Below, in pieces: positions 13,124 through 25,496 of a stretch of DNA of 64,000 bases (within the stretch, counting starts at the first letter, position 1; the number at the start of each line of letters is the position of its first letter). The translations under genes and the position numbers were made by a program. The notes below the pieces were generated by a model. It searched no databases and was not told the DNA's origin. It saw nothing but the letters and a program-made list of their open reading frames with translations. The stretch comes from the human T2T-CHM13v2.0 reference genome, Homo sapiens. The stretch lies in the NCBI RefSeq assembly GCF_009914755.1, contig NC_060927.1; one strand, written 5' to 3'.

Positions 13124-13166
13124 CTTTTATGACATCAGCTCCCGGGGCGGGGCATACCCCCGCCCC
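13124..13166 (-). promoter_or_regulatory. Candidate proximal DNAJB8 / DNAJB8-AS1 core promoter
   Basis: CATAAAAG on minus (13124-13131), CRE-like TGACATCA (13130-13137), inverted GC boxes at 13144-13152 and 13158-13166. Confidence 0.5.
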
Positions 13167-13753
13167 CAGCTCCTCACCAGGCAAACCTGGGCATATGGGC
13201 CTGCCCCTGCTGGTGAGGTGGCCACAACGGTGTGTGGGAATGGGATGCTCTGTGACCCAGGTGGTGTGGGCTGAGTCCCGGGAGCCAAAGGGCAGAGGCA
13301 GGATCAGCCACGGGATTCCAGCCTTGGTGAGTGACAAAGGTCTGTGGCCGTGGTGGGGGAGGCGGGCAAGGGCGTCCTGGGTATGTCCACTCGGCCGATG
13401 GCTGGGCAGCAGCTGAGGCAAGAGGAGGCCAAGGTGGGGTTCAGGCAGGCTGGGGTGGGGACAAGAGCCTGCTTTTTTTGTGCCCATTATCTGGCCAGGT
13501 CTTCCGGGGTAAGCTCCACAAAGGCGGGAAAGTCTGTCCCTGTCTAGGACAGTGGCTGGCACACGAGGGCCATCGGTAAACTCTTGGATGAACCAGGCTC
13601 AGAGACACACAGTGCTCAAGGTCACACAGCGAGTCAGTGAGGGAGGGGATGTGAAACCAGGGCCAAGGCTGCAGCGGACAGCAAATCCAAAGAAGTGTTC
13701 CACTCAATTCTGGTAAGAAAAATAGGAATTGATGATAAATATTGATTACTGAG

Positions 13754-14120
13754 TGTAGTGGGTTGAATGGTGGCCCCCAAAAAGATATGTTCCTATCCTA
13801 ATCCTTGGAACCTCTGAATGTGAGCTTATTTGGAAAAAGGATCTTTTCGGATGTAATTAAATTAAGGATGTCGAGATGAGATCATCCTGGATTATCTGAG
13901 TGGGCCCTAAATCCAGTGACACATGTCCGTATAGGAGATGGACACTGACGCAGCTGGAAGCTGGGGGCCAGGAGGGTTCTCCCTGCAGCCTCCAGAGGGA
14001 GTGCGGCCCCACTAACACCTCGATTTCAGACCTCTGGCCTCCAGAACTGGGGGAAGAGATTTCTTTTGTATTGAGCTACCCAGTTTGTAATAATTTGTAA
14101 CAGCCCTAGAAAACGAATCA
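13754..14120 (+). mobile_element. MLT1A/B solo LTR
   Basis: 'tgtagtgggttgaatggtggcccccaaaaagatatgttc...ttatttggaaaaagg...gatttcagacctctggcctccagaactg'. Confidence 0.85.
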
Positions 14121-14340
14121 GGTGAGTGAGGTAACCAAATATTCTTAGGCATTTATATTCCTTTAATTCTTGTTCTGGTGATGGATCATATATAGAAACA
14201 GCAATTCACAATACTGATTAATATCTGTTCCTACCTTCACCTCACCCCACTCCAATTAAGATCAAAACCATGCTAAACCACCTACTAACCACACCAATAA
14301 AGAGCCTAGATGTTTGGGTCACCAAGTCTTAACTAAAGAT

Positions 14341-14702
14341 AGCCTGCCTGCCTGCCTTCTTTCCTTCCTTCCTTCCTTCTTTCCTTCCTCCCTTCCTCCC
14401 TCCCTCCTTCCCTCCTTCTTTCCCTTCCCTTCCCTTCCGTTCCCTGCCTTCCTTCCCTCCTCCCTCCCTCCCTTCCCCCTCCTTCCTTCATTTCCTCCTT
14501 CCTTCCTTCCTTCCTTCCTCCCTTTCTCCTTCCTTCCTTCTTTCTTTCCTTCCTCCCTCCCCTTCCCCCTTCTCCCTTCCCTCCCTTCTTCACTCCTGGC
14601 TTCTTTCCTTCCTCCTTCCTTCCTTCATTCCTCCCTTCTTCCTCCTCTTCCTTTTTCTAGTCTTCATCCCTTTCTATTATCCTCCCTCTCTCTCTTTTCT
14701 TT
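14341..14702. repeat. (CCTT)n/(CCCT)n polypyrimidine tract
   Basis: ~360 nt almost purely C/T. Confidence 0.95.
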
Positions 14703-15089
14703 CAGTGCTCATGGGTGCTAGGTTTCAGGCTCCTAGCAGGGGACAGTGTGTGTTCTAACCAATCCCAAATGCCAGGAGGAATGGAGACAGACTGTAGAGA
14801 CACTTTGTAAACCCAGCCTCCAGTGACCATCGCTGTCCCTCCATGCAGCTTATCAAAAGCACGACTCGCACCCCCATGCTGGGCATCCACCCACCTACAC
14901 CTGCTGACACATGTGGCTTAGCAGAGGAGTTGAAGAGCAGAACTTCTCCACTGGATGTAGCTACAGATGAACCTGATTCTTTATCTCTGTGGCTGGATTT
15001 TTGTCACTATGTCTCGGTTAGCAGTTAGCACCTGCTGTCCCTTGCAGGCTTGTTCCTGGGGCGGGAGAAAGATGCTTGCCCTGCACAGT

Positions 15090-15540
15090 TCTCCATGATG
15101 GCGGTGGCAGTGGGAGAGGCACTGCTGTTGACTGTGTTGCTGGTGGGGAGAGGCACGGTGGGTGTCCATGGAGATGGATAAGGTGTCATTATATAGTAGA
15201 GGTGACCATGGGAGCAGTGTTGATGTGGAGGTAATGGTCATGGTGGGTGTGAGGGGGAGAGTAATTATGGGTGATGGTGGAGTTGATCATGATGATGGTG
15301 ATGCTGGTGGTGACAGCAGCAAGGCTTGTGCTTGAGAGTAATTGATGATGGTAGTGGTGGTGGTGATGGTCATGCCAGAGGAGATGGTAACAGCGAGCCT
15401 TTGTTGTGGTTGGCAGTGATGGTGCAGGTATGATGAGGAGGTGATGGGAATGGCTCCTAGTGAGCCATTGGTGTGGTTGGCAGTGGTGACAGTAATGGTG
15501 ATGATGAAGGTGAAGGTGGTGGAGGTAGCAGAGGTTGTAT
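15090..15540. repeat. Degenerate (GGT/GAT)n low-complexity tract
   Basis: Recurrent ggtgatggt, gatgatggt. Confidence 0.75.
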
Positions 15541-16629
15541 CTTGTTCGGCTATACCACAGTGACAGCTTCCACCTCTCAGTGGCTCACGACAAACATCTA
15601 GTTCCCCCCACTTCACTCACTGGTGCCTACAGGCAGCTGCCAGGGCCCCACCTCCCATAGCTTCTCACTGTGGGTCCCAGGCTGGAGAATCAGCTCTGAC
15701 CTGCACACCCCTCTCTCATGACAGTGCCACTCAGAGACAGCAGGAACTTGGGCTGCCTCTGAAAGCTTCTGTTGGGCCATGATGTGTGGCAGTCTTGCTG
15801 CATCCCATGGTCAAGGCCAGTATCCATGGGGCAAAGAATGTTTCCTTCAGGAAGGTTCTGCAAATCTCAGGGCAATAGGAAGAGAGGCCTGAGATTCCCA
15901 TGGGGAAGAGGGAGTGAGCAGTTCTCCAACATATGCCAGATGCTCAAGATGGGACTGACAGCGGGGCTGGTAACGATGGCTCTGCTGGGAGCAGTGTTGG
16001 TGCTGCTGGTGCCGGGGACACCCGTGGTGGTGATGGGATAGGAGGCAGGAATTGTGCTATTAATGGAGGATGGTGGTGAGGGTGGTTGTGGAAGAGGCAA
16101 TGGTAGAGGGGGGTGCCGAGGGGTGAGAAGGACACAGTGGTGGACATGCTGGTGTGAGTGCCGATGGCGATGGTGATGGCACTGAGGTGTGGGGCTCTGT
16201 ATTTTCTGTTGCTAACTTGGCATTACACCAACCTCTTCCATGGTCTCCTTGCATCCTGGAGAAATCTGAGGGATTTTCCAGAATCCCATCACCGGTATAA
16301 TTCCAGATTAGAGCCTGCCAATACAAGGGATTTGGAGAGTGGAAAAGAGAGGCCGTTGCAGGCAGGTGACAATGGTGAGCTTTGCAACAGCTCGGGGCAA
16401 TCTTCTGCGAAGACCCTGCTTCTGAGCCACAGGCTGAGGCATGGATGGGGAGCTTCCTGGAATACCGTGAGCTCCTCAGCAGCTCCCAGGCAAGCTCTAG
16501 AGAGCCGCTCACCTGGGAGCTGCAGGTGAGCATCTCGATTCCTTGTTCCCTGACCGCTGGTCCCAGACTGTTCAGGGTGCAGCGTGTAGTAAATGTCCTC
16601 CTCCTTGGTACACATTTGAGGGCTGTGTA

Positions 16630-17190
16630 CTGTGAGGGTGATGGCGGCTCAGATGAAGGTGGTGGTTGTGATGGAGTTGGGTGTGAGGATAGCAGAGAGA
16701 AAGCAGATGGTGACATCAGGAAGGCATTGGAGGGGCAGTGGTGGTGGCAGTGATGATGGTGGCAGTCTAATTAGAGGCAGTGGTGGGTCTGGCTGAGGCA
16801 GACCCGGTGGTGGTGATGGTGGTGGTAGTAGAGGGGGCAATGACGGTGGTGATGGCAAAGGCGGTGTGAGTGGTTGATACTGGTGGCAGAGCTGATAAGG
16901 TGATGTCACAGATGGGATGGTGGGTGGAGATGGAGGTGGAGGAAGTGTGGTGACAGTGATGTGGTGGTGACACAATGCTGACACGGGTGGAGAGCACCGT
17001 GGTGACGGTGACAGAGATGATAGTGATAGTGGGGCTGGTGGCAGTGGTAGAGGAGATGGGGATGGGACGCTGGGGTGTTGATGGTGATGGTGACACTGCT
17101 GAGGGTGTTGGTGGCCTGACATTGTAAAGGTGAAGCCTGAAGTTTCCATGACGATGGAATCAGGACAGTGGAGGAGGGGTGGTGAAAACA
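16630..17190. repeat. Degenerate (GGT/GAT)n low-complexity tract
   Basis: Recurrent ggtggtggtgatggt; gives spurious Pro/Thr/His-rich ORFs on minus. Confidence 0.8.
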
Positions 17191-18479
17191 ATGTTAAGAG
17201 ACAAAGGACCTAGTATGATGAGGCATCCAAGAATCCTGTGGCCGCCTCCCCGTCCTGGCCCTCCCTGCCTTGTTGGAGACCCTGGCTCTGGTCTGCATTG
17301 TACTCCCAGGGGAAATTTCTTCCAGCCACTGCCCTGCTCCAACCCTTGTTCCTGGGATGGGTCTGTGGGAGTCAGCCAGGATGGAGACAGGGCTGGAGAC
17401 CCCCTCACTGCCGCCCATTCAGGGCTGTCTTAGGGCACACAGAACAGACCACTCGGTAGGACTTACGGGAACAGGTGTGTCACCTGGGAGCAGGTCCCAC
17501 ACCTCACCATCAAGGGCATCCTGAGATGGAGGCCCCTGTGGGGAGCTCCCCATGAAGGGAGCTGTGGACCGTGGAGCCGGGCAGTGTGCAGAGGAGTTTC
17601 CCTTCTGCAAAGGGTTCAGGCTAGTCTCCTTCCACGCCAGTTTTTGGGGAGCCAGTGGGGAGCATCAGGGGCTCTGAGGCCTCCATAGGGCCTGCTGGAG
17701 GGACAGGGACACACAGGCATGAGCGCACACTTAGGCCCCACACGCTCCACCGTCAATTCTGTCAGGCCACCTCCCCTCTTCAAGCCTCTCTGTCCTCATT
17801 CACCAGTGGGTGCTTTTGGGGATTTGCCCTCTCTGGGGAGCCAGCCTAGGCTTCCTGGCCTCAGATGTCCCATGTCCCTCATCTCAGGCCCACCCTAAAG
17901 CCAACCCCGAGCCATGGCCAGGGAGAGAAGGACCTTCAGCGACCAAGCGAGGCCCAGAGAGGGCAGGGCACACCGAAGGTCACACAGCAGTACCAGGAAG
18001 GTCTCCCCCGGGCGAGCTGATGGAGCCGATTAAGCAGCCAATTGGTATTCGGAGCAGCCAGAGGCCCCTCTCTGTCTCTGTAATTAATGGAGTGGCTTTT
18101 TAAAAGGATTCTAATCACCCCCGATCCTATCTGCTTATCACTAGAGTTCCTAATTAGATGATCCTGGCAGTCACTCAGCTAATTCCCTCCAGCCCCCTGC
18201 AGCCCTGCCTGGCCTGGGCAGCCCACCCCACCCCCGGCCACCCTGGCCCGGCCAGATGGGCAGTTTGGGGCCTTCTCTCCCCTCAGGGCCCCTGGTCCTC
18301 TAACTGCATTAGCTCCAGGATGGATGGGCGACAGCGATGGATGGATGGACGGGCGGCTGGATGGACAGAGTGGCAGGCGAATGAAGGGGCTGAACGGTGG
18401 GCAGTCACAGAGTGGATGGGCGGATGGACAGACAGACGGGCCAAGGGGCAGATCCCACAGTGGGGAAGAGCTCAGCCTG

Positions 18480-18640
18480 TCAGGTGACACAGCCTGGGTT
18501 CCAACCCCAGCACTGCCACTCCCCAGCCATGTGTCCTTGGGGAAGTCAATAACCTGGCTGTGCCCCAGTGTCCTCATCTCATCTGTAAAAGGGAAGTAAT
18601 GATGGTCCCCTCTCACAGGGTTACTGTGAGGAGCTCAGAA
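18480..18640 (+). mobile_element. MIR
   Basis: 'cctgggttccaaccccagcactgccact...tgtgtccttggggaagtc...cctcatctcatctgtaaaagggaag...cacagggttactgtgagg'. Confidence 0.75.
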
Positions 18641-19379
18641 TGGAGAAGGAGCTGTGTGTGCGTGTGCTGGCATCCTGGCAGTGTCGATAATGGGTGGGCA
18701 GAGATAGATGAAAGGGCAGCCTGCCTGGTGAGCCAGTGGAAGCCATGGTAGGCAGACAGGCCCATGGCAGGCTTACATGCAGATTGGTGGCCCATGGGGT
18801 GGGAAGGCGGTGGGCTACGCAACCGTAGAAGGGCCAGTGAGCTCACGTCCTCCCCAGTGGTGCCAGGGCGATCTCAGCTCTGCTCTCAGACCTCTTCAGG
18901 CAGCCTTCCTGCCCAGTCCTCCAAGCCAGTGATGACAGGTGCCCACTGGGTTGCCCAGATCCCTTCCCTGCCATCCCAACCCAGGTACATCCTTCCTGGT
19001 GGTGGCTCATGTGGTCTCTGGAGGCTCAGATCTAGCCCCAAGTAGGGGTTTACTGCCTGAGTGAAGGCATCATTTGCGGGGCCCTCTGAGTTCCAAGTTG
19101 CTTCAGCCAGTTAGGGCAACTCCCCTCCTCCAGGGTCCCAGCACCCAGCCCCCCTGGCATACAGCAACCCTAGGCAGGGCTGTTACCCTGAGTTCCTCAG
19201 TTACTCGAAGCCTCCAGGAGGATCCAACCCCCAGAGCCTCTCCATTCACCCACGGTGCTCTGCAGTTTCCGGGGTGTGGCATTTCCGGGGTCTTTCTGGA
19301 AACAGTATAGAACAAAAAAGCCTGAAGTATCTTCCAGAGTAAAGGCGTGCATGCGTATGCACACATCTGTACCAGCAGA

Positions 19380-19803
19380 TAGCCACCCATCTCCCCATAC
19401 ACACACCCATCAATCCACCCACCTAGCCACACACATACCCAGCTACCCACACACCCAGCCACTCACATACCCAGCCACTCACCCACCCAGCCACCCACAT
19501 GCCTAGCCACCCACCCACCCAGCCACCCACACACCCAGCCACCCACCCACCCACCCAGCCACTCACCCACCCAGCCACCCACACAGCCAGCCACCCAGCC
19601 ACTCATACACCCAGCCACCCAGCCACCCAGCCACCCACCCACCCAGCCACCCAGCCACCCATACACCCAGCCACCCAGCCACCCACACACCCAGCCATTC
19701 ACACACCCAGCCACCCCCCCCACCCAGCCACATGCACACCCAGCCACCCAGCCACCCACACACCCAGCCACCCAGCCACCCACACACCCAGCCACCCACA
19801 CAC
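19380..19803. repeat. (CACCCAGC/CACACCCAGCCACC)n tandem repeat
   Basis: Dozens of cccagccac units with variable acac/cacc spacers. Confidence 0.95.
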
Positions 19804-20777
19804 GTTTCCTGAGCAGTTGTCCATACACGTGCCGTGTACCAGGCACTCCCCTGGGTCTGGGGTCCATATGTCAGTGAAGGCACCAGACAAAGCCTTGCCC
19901 TTATGATGCTGACATGCAGTTGGGGAGATAGGAGAAACTGATAATGCATGAACATTTAACATGATGGCAGGTGTCATAGATGCCGTGAGAGAAAACAAAG
20001 CAAGACGGGGGCTTACAGGAAGCTGGGGCTCTTAGGGAGGTCAGATTGGGTGCCCCACACTTCCACAGGTATGCTCAGGCACCCACGCCCCCATGCATGT
20101 GAGCACACCTGTACACATGGTCACACATGTGCACACAGGCCCTCCATGAGGCCTGTAGCCCTGCTGTGTTTCCAAAAGCATGGGCCCTGCCGTCCCTCAC
20201 CGGGAGGTCTGGCTGCCTCGTGCCTCTCTCAGCCTGGGCCCTCCCATCACCCAAGCCAGGCCTGCTCCCTGGAGTCCAGGGCACATCTGGGTCTTACTAG
20301 GTCTGCTAGCAAAGGGCCTGGGCGGCTCCTATGCGGCCAACAATTCAGATTCACAATTCTTCCCTGCACTGGTCTGAGTGGGGGCTGGAAACAGTTGAAT
20401 TCAGCAGCATCACCCCTGTCCTCCCACGCAGGGAACTCCCAACCCCAGGCTCTGGGAGAAGGAGCAGACACACACCAATGTGCGAATGCAGCTGCAACAC
20501 TCGCTGGAAGGAGAGGTGACACTGTCTGGGGCGTCTGGGAAGGCTGGTCAGAAGAGGTGACGCCTTGGCAGGGCTTGGAGAGGGAGGTTCCAGCAGGGTC
20601 GGCCTCACACACATGAAGGGTCTTGGATGTCGACACTGGACATCCTTCCCCAGGGAGGTAGTTCATTCAGTCATGGAACATTTCAAGGTGGGAAGAAGGT
20701 GTTCATCACATGGCTATGATCATGTACCCATTGCAGACCACCCTGTCCTGGGGGCATGAGGAGTTCATCTCCTAAAT

Positions 20778-20972
20778 CAGTGGTTCTCAACAGGGACAGT
20801 CCTCCCTCCCCAGAGGACATTTGGCAATGACTGGAGGAGTTGCTACTGGCATCTCCTGGGTGGAGGCCAGGCAGGGCTGCTGCTGAACATCCCTGTCTAG
20901 TGCACAGGACAGCCTCCACCACAAAGAATCATCCAGCCCCAAATGTCAACAGCACCGAGGTTGAGAACTCTG
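20778..20972. mobile_element. MER20 hAT-Charlie DNA transposon
   Basis: TIRs cagtggttctcaac...gttgagaactctg; internal 'ggacatttggcaatg', 'ctactggcatct', 'aaagaatcatccagccccaaatgtcaa'; degenerate 8-bp TSD tcctaaat/ttctaagc. Confidence 0.9.
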
Positions 20973-21389
20973 TTCTAAGCCCTGAAATTATCATTTGACA
21001 AGCGCAATTATAATGCAATGTCTTTTTGATGCACCAAAGGCATTAATGTCTTCAATGTGAATATTTAAAACACACAGGTGACCTGTTTGGTGATTTATTT
21101 CTTAATAAAGCAGGAGCCTTGTAACATGGGAGTGGTTCCATGCAAAGGGAACAGCATGCACCAGGCTCAGTGGCTCAGTGGAAAGAGAGCAGGCATCTGT
21201 AGTTGACTACACCTGGGACCGAAGGGATGGTGGGAATAGAGCCCAGAGAGGGGCAGGGGCTGCACAAGGCAGGGCTCAGACCCCAGACCACAGAGCATGG
21301 ATTGTGTCCTGGGAGGGGGAGACCTTGAGAAGATTTAAACAAGGGGAGAATGGGATCTATAGCATACTCTAGAAAGATCCCTCAGCAGC

Positions 21390-21965
21390 AATGAGATTCA
21401 GTTTTATACCCACAAAATTGGTAAAAATGTCAGTTTGACACTGCCAAGTGTTGGCAAGGAAATGGAGCAACTGAAATTCCCACACCCTGCTGGTGGGAAC
21501 ATACATTGGAACAGCCAATTTGGAAAATCCTTCTAAGGCTTATGCCCCGAGGGAAACCCTCACACGTGGGAATAGGGACAAGAACACTCATTGCTGCACT
21601 GTTTATGGTAGCAACAGACAGGAGTGACCGAAATGTCCATCTTAAGGAGAATGAGCAAATACATTGTGTTACAGCTGCACAGGGGACTATGACACTGCAG
21701 TGAGAATGAAGAAACCGACTCCATACGTGAGCATGGAGGAGCAGCCCCAGCATGGCAGTGAGCAGCACAAACCAGTCATTGAAAGCATCATTGTGACACC
21801 ATTTATTGAAAACGTACACACATGCAGAATAATGCGTTAAGGATTTATACATATAGAGTAAAAGTATAACAACATGCATGGGAAAATGAAGTCCTGGCTA
21901 CTTCTGGAGGCGGGCAAAGGGGACAACAAGGTCAAGAGAGTTCCATGATATCTGTAGTGTTTCCC
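21390..21965 (+). mobile_element. Old L1M 3' fragment
   Basis: 'caagtgttggcaagga...tgctggtgggaa...ttgctgcactgtttatggtagcaa...aaatgtccatc'. Confidence 0.65.
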
Positions 21966-21989
21966 TCCTTAAGCTGGGCTGGGGAGGGT

Positions 21990-22435
21990 ATCAGAGGGAC
22001 TTGACGCTGCCTCCACTCTCCTAACTCCTGGAGCTTGTGCCCTGGAGAGTGAGCAGGAACGTGACCTGCATGCAGCCAATAGCATACGCAAGGCAGGGGA
22101 ATGCTATCGGGGCCGCGCTTCACCAGCTCTCTTGACGCCTCCGTCAGCTGCGCACTGTGCAGGAGTGAGCTGCCGAGACTCCTGCAGCTGCAGGGAGGTG
22201 AGCTCTGCCAGTAACCTGGGGGGTGCTGAGATGCAGATCCTTTCCTAGTTGAGCCTCTGATGAGAAGCCAGCCCAGGTCAGCAGGTGGACTGCAGCCTAG
22301 TGAGGGCCTGGGCAGAGGCCGTGGCTGAGCTATGCCTGGGATCCTGGCCCATGGAAACCGTGAGATACTAAACACGTGTGGTTTCAAGGGGCTAGGTGTG
22401 TGGCAGTTTGTGATACAGCATAGAAAATCAATGCC
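21990..22435. mobile_element. MLT1-type LTR fragments
   Basis: 'ctgcagcctagtgagggcctg...ggatcctggcccatggaaaccgtgagata...tgtggcagtttgtgatacagcatagaaaa'. Confidence 0.55.
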
Positions 22436-24578
22436 AAGGCTACCATGGTGTTGCTTATATTATTAGCTATATTTTTAGATAACTGAAATATTCATAACTA
22501 AGAGGTTAAGAAGAGCCCCTGTGGTGGCCTCACCTTCAGGAAGAAGAGACAGAGTGCAGGGCGTGAGCCTGGAGGCTGGGAGGCCCAGGAGGAGGCTGGC
22601 ACAAAGGAGAGGGGACAGGCCATGCAGTCCAAGGTGAGGAAGCAGTATGGGCTGGTGTCAGGGCTGGTGGTGTGTGTTTGTGTGTGTGTGTGTGTGTGTG
22701 TAGAAAGTCCCCTTCATCCCTAGATTCTGAGGAAAGGGAGGGGCCCATGCCAACATCCCCTCAAAGTCTGGGAAACTTGGATCCCAGCCTCATAGCGTCA
22801 GAACATCAGAACAGCCAGACCTGGCAGGGGAGGGGCCAGGGAGAAGGAGCAGAGGCAGTATTTTCCCAGGGTCCCCTGGGGAGCCTGGCAGTGTGGACTG
22901 GGGGTGGGGCCGAGGAGGACAGATGGGGCTGTGGGAGGGAGCAGCTGCCACTCTCCTCTCCAGGGATGCCCGTTCCCCAACTCCAGCCCGCATACCAGTG
23001 GGAGAGATCGTGAGACCCTCCCCCTATCCTTGCTCCCACCAGTCCTCAGTTTCCCTAGTGATACTGGAGAGACGATCTGTGAGGACCCCCCCTGAGTTGG
23101 GTGGGATAGAGAAAGACATGAGAACACCTACAAATAGCCTAGGGCACCCCGCTGGCACTCCCACCGGCCCTGGCAGCCTTTGGTTCTGTGGGAGAAGGAG
23201 AAACAGAATGGGCAGGCCGTTTGCCCAGGGTCCCCAAACACCCTGGTCTTCTAAGATTGGAGGTGGGTTTGGGGGCTCAGTCTGAAGCCCATTGGGCTAC
23301 CCAGGATAAGCCTAGAGTGGAGGAATAAAATGGCATTAGAAGGGTCTCCTTGCTGGCTGGCCTCTCCACGACCTTCCATCTTCCTTGTATGATCCTTCCA
23401 ACAACGCTGCAAGATGTGGTCTTGTTTGACTGATGAGGAGCCGGGGTTCAGAGAGCCCAAGCCACTTGCTCGAAGCTGCACAGCAAGGGGGAGTCAGGTC
23501 TGTCCTTCGGAAGGGTCTTTATCCTGAGTAACCTTGGTTAGGGACCAGGGAGGCCCTGAAGGGCCCCAGGGAAAGAACTCAGATAAAGCTTCCCTAGGAT
23601 CCTTGATCAGGGTTTTGAAGCATGAAGAAAATTCTCCAGGCTTATCTGAAGGACAGAACATCCCAGGGAGAGAGACCAGCTAGGAACAAGGCAGAGAAGA
23701 CAGGTTTTTGTGAATGACTATGTTTTAAATTACACAAGTGGCATATACTCAGAACATATCAAAACAACAGCCCACAGTTATAAAGGGAAAAGTGCCCCCT
23801 CCGCACCCCGGGTCTACAGCACACTTCTCAGAACTAACAATTATCATCATCCAGGTACATGTCTCCCCAGGTGTTTTTCAATCTCTACACAAATATTTTA
23901 AAAACAAAAACAGAGTCCGCTTTACAGGTTGTTTTCCAGCTTGCTTATTTTCACGTATCCTAGTGTTTCTGTGAGATGTACGGGAAGAGGCTCGCTGGGC
24001 CAGAGAGCATGCAAAACCTAGATCATTTCTGCCCATACAGGCATCTCCAGGCTGCTTCTCCACACCTGCCCAGTCTTTCCCGTTTCTGCTGAGAGGGGGA
24101 AGTGGTGTCCCATGTGGAATGGGCATGGATCTGATCATTTGTGAGACTCAGCGCCCATCGGGATGTCTGGTGGCTGTGGATTCACACTGCTATTGGGGAT
24201 GACCTCTTGTATATCCTTCTGCCTGTTTCCTTCCACAGCTTGTTATGTGAATCTCCTAATTTGAAATCATTTGCAACTCATTCACACTTTGTAAAGCCTC
24301 ATGCTGCCCACACACACTTGCCTGCAGCCTGGACAGAGCAGTCAGTGTTCACCAAGTGAGATGCTAACCAGCTAGTTGTTCCAACACCACTGGATTGGGT
24401 AACCCTCCACCTTTGCATTGATTCAGGACACCTCCTTTATCACCCATTATCTTGTAAATAATAGGGTCTGTTGCGGGTTTACTGAGTCTGTACCATTGAT
24501 CTGTTTATTCTTACAGCAGAACCACAGGGTTTGAACGATTGTGATAATAGAATCTTGTTTAATATCAGAAAGCATTTA

Positions 24579-24636
<58 letters not shown>
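24579..24636. repeat. Compound microsatellite (TC)12(AC)17
   Basis: Direct count. Confidence 0.95.
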
Positions 24637-24638
<2 letters not shown>

Positions 24639-25496
24639 CGCTTTATTTTTCCTAATTTTTGACTTCTTCTGCTGATCTTATTAGTTTTTCCAGATAAAGT
24701 TTGGAATCATTTGTCATTTTGCCTTTAAAAAAAACCCAGCAGAGTTTTGATCGAACCATCCTGTATGATAACTCATCTAGGATCTACCCACCTCCTCTCC
24801 TGCTGCCCCTCATCTTTCCCGCTGCTCGGGTGATCCTGTCCCTGTGTCAAGCGGATGGCAGGCATTCCCCAAGGGCAGTGTCCATTTCTGTGGCCCTGAG
24901 GGCCCTTCCCCATCCTAGTACTGGGTCACCGGGGGGCAGGAGGTGCTGTGGGGAAGAACAGCACTGCTCCCTAAGAGTTGCAAAGGGCACTTGGTTTCTT
25001 CCTACAAATGGGTGTGAAAGCCAGGCCTGGAAGTGTCCCTGTGCAAGGCAGGGAAGAAGGGGCCGGGCAAGCCGAGCTGAGTCCATGGCCGGCAGCCCCA
25101 CCGGGGTGCAAACAGAGGGAAGAAGGCCGACCCCCCTGACCACCCTGGTACCAGGCCCTGGGGAATCATCAAGGCCACCCTGACCCACTCAAGACGGCCA
25201 CTTGCAGCTCCTGGCCTGCCTGCCTGGCCATGCCTGGGCACTTTGTGGCCACAAAATTCAAACTGTTTACCATACACAGTGACTCGAGGAGGCAGGAGTC
25301 ACTGTTAGAAGTGAATTGTTTTATGAAGGAGGGAAGAGAAGCTGTAAACTGTAGCCCCTGAGCCTCGGTTCTTTGCTCTGAAGTGACTTGCTGGGACTTG
25401 AATCTGAGGCTTTCACCCCCATCTCTACTCAACACCACCCCCCAGCCTCCCCCAGCTCTGGCTGCTGCCTCCTTGTGAGAAACAGGCCCTGCAATT

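Larger units (their letters stand above)
13150..21880 (+). ncRNA. DNAJB8-AS1: Probable antisense lncRNA DNAJB8-AS1 (extent approximate)
   Basis: Recalled annotation of this locus; plus-strand donor consensus at 13713 (gtaaga), 14122 (gtgagt) and 16526 (gtgagc); exon structure cannot be proven from sequence. Confidence 0.45.

Noticed and set aside
16649-17191. Pro/Thr/His-rich mucin-like ORFs (also 441-997 and 15287-15616)
   Set aside because: Products of degenerate (GGT/GAT)n tracts; no coherent exon structure or signal peptide
19463-19998. PATH/GGWV repetitive ORFs
   Set aside because: Translations of the tandem repeat
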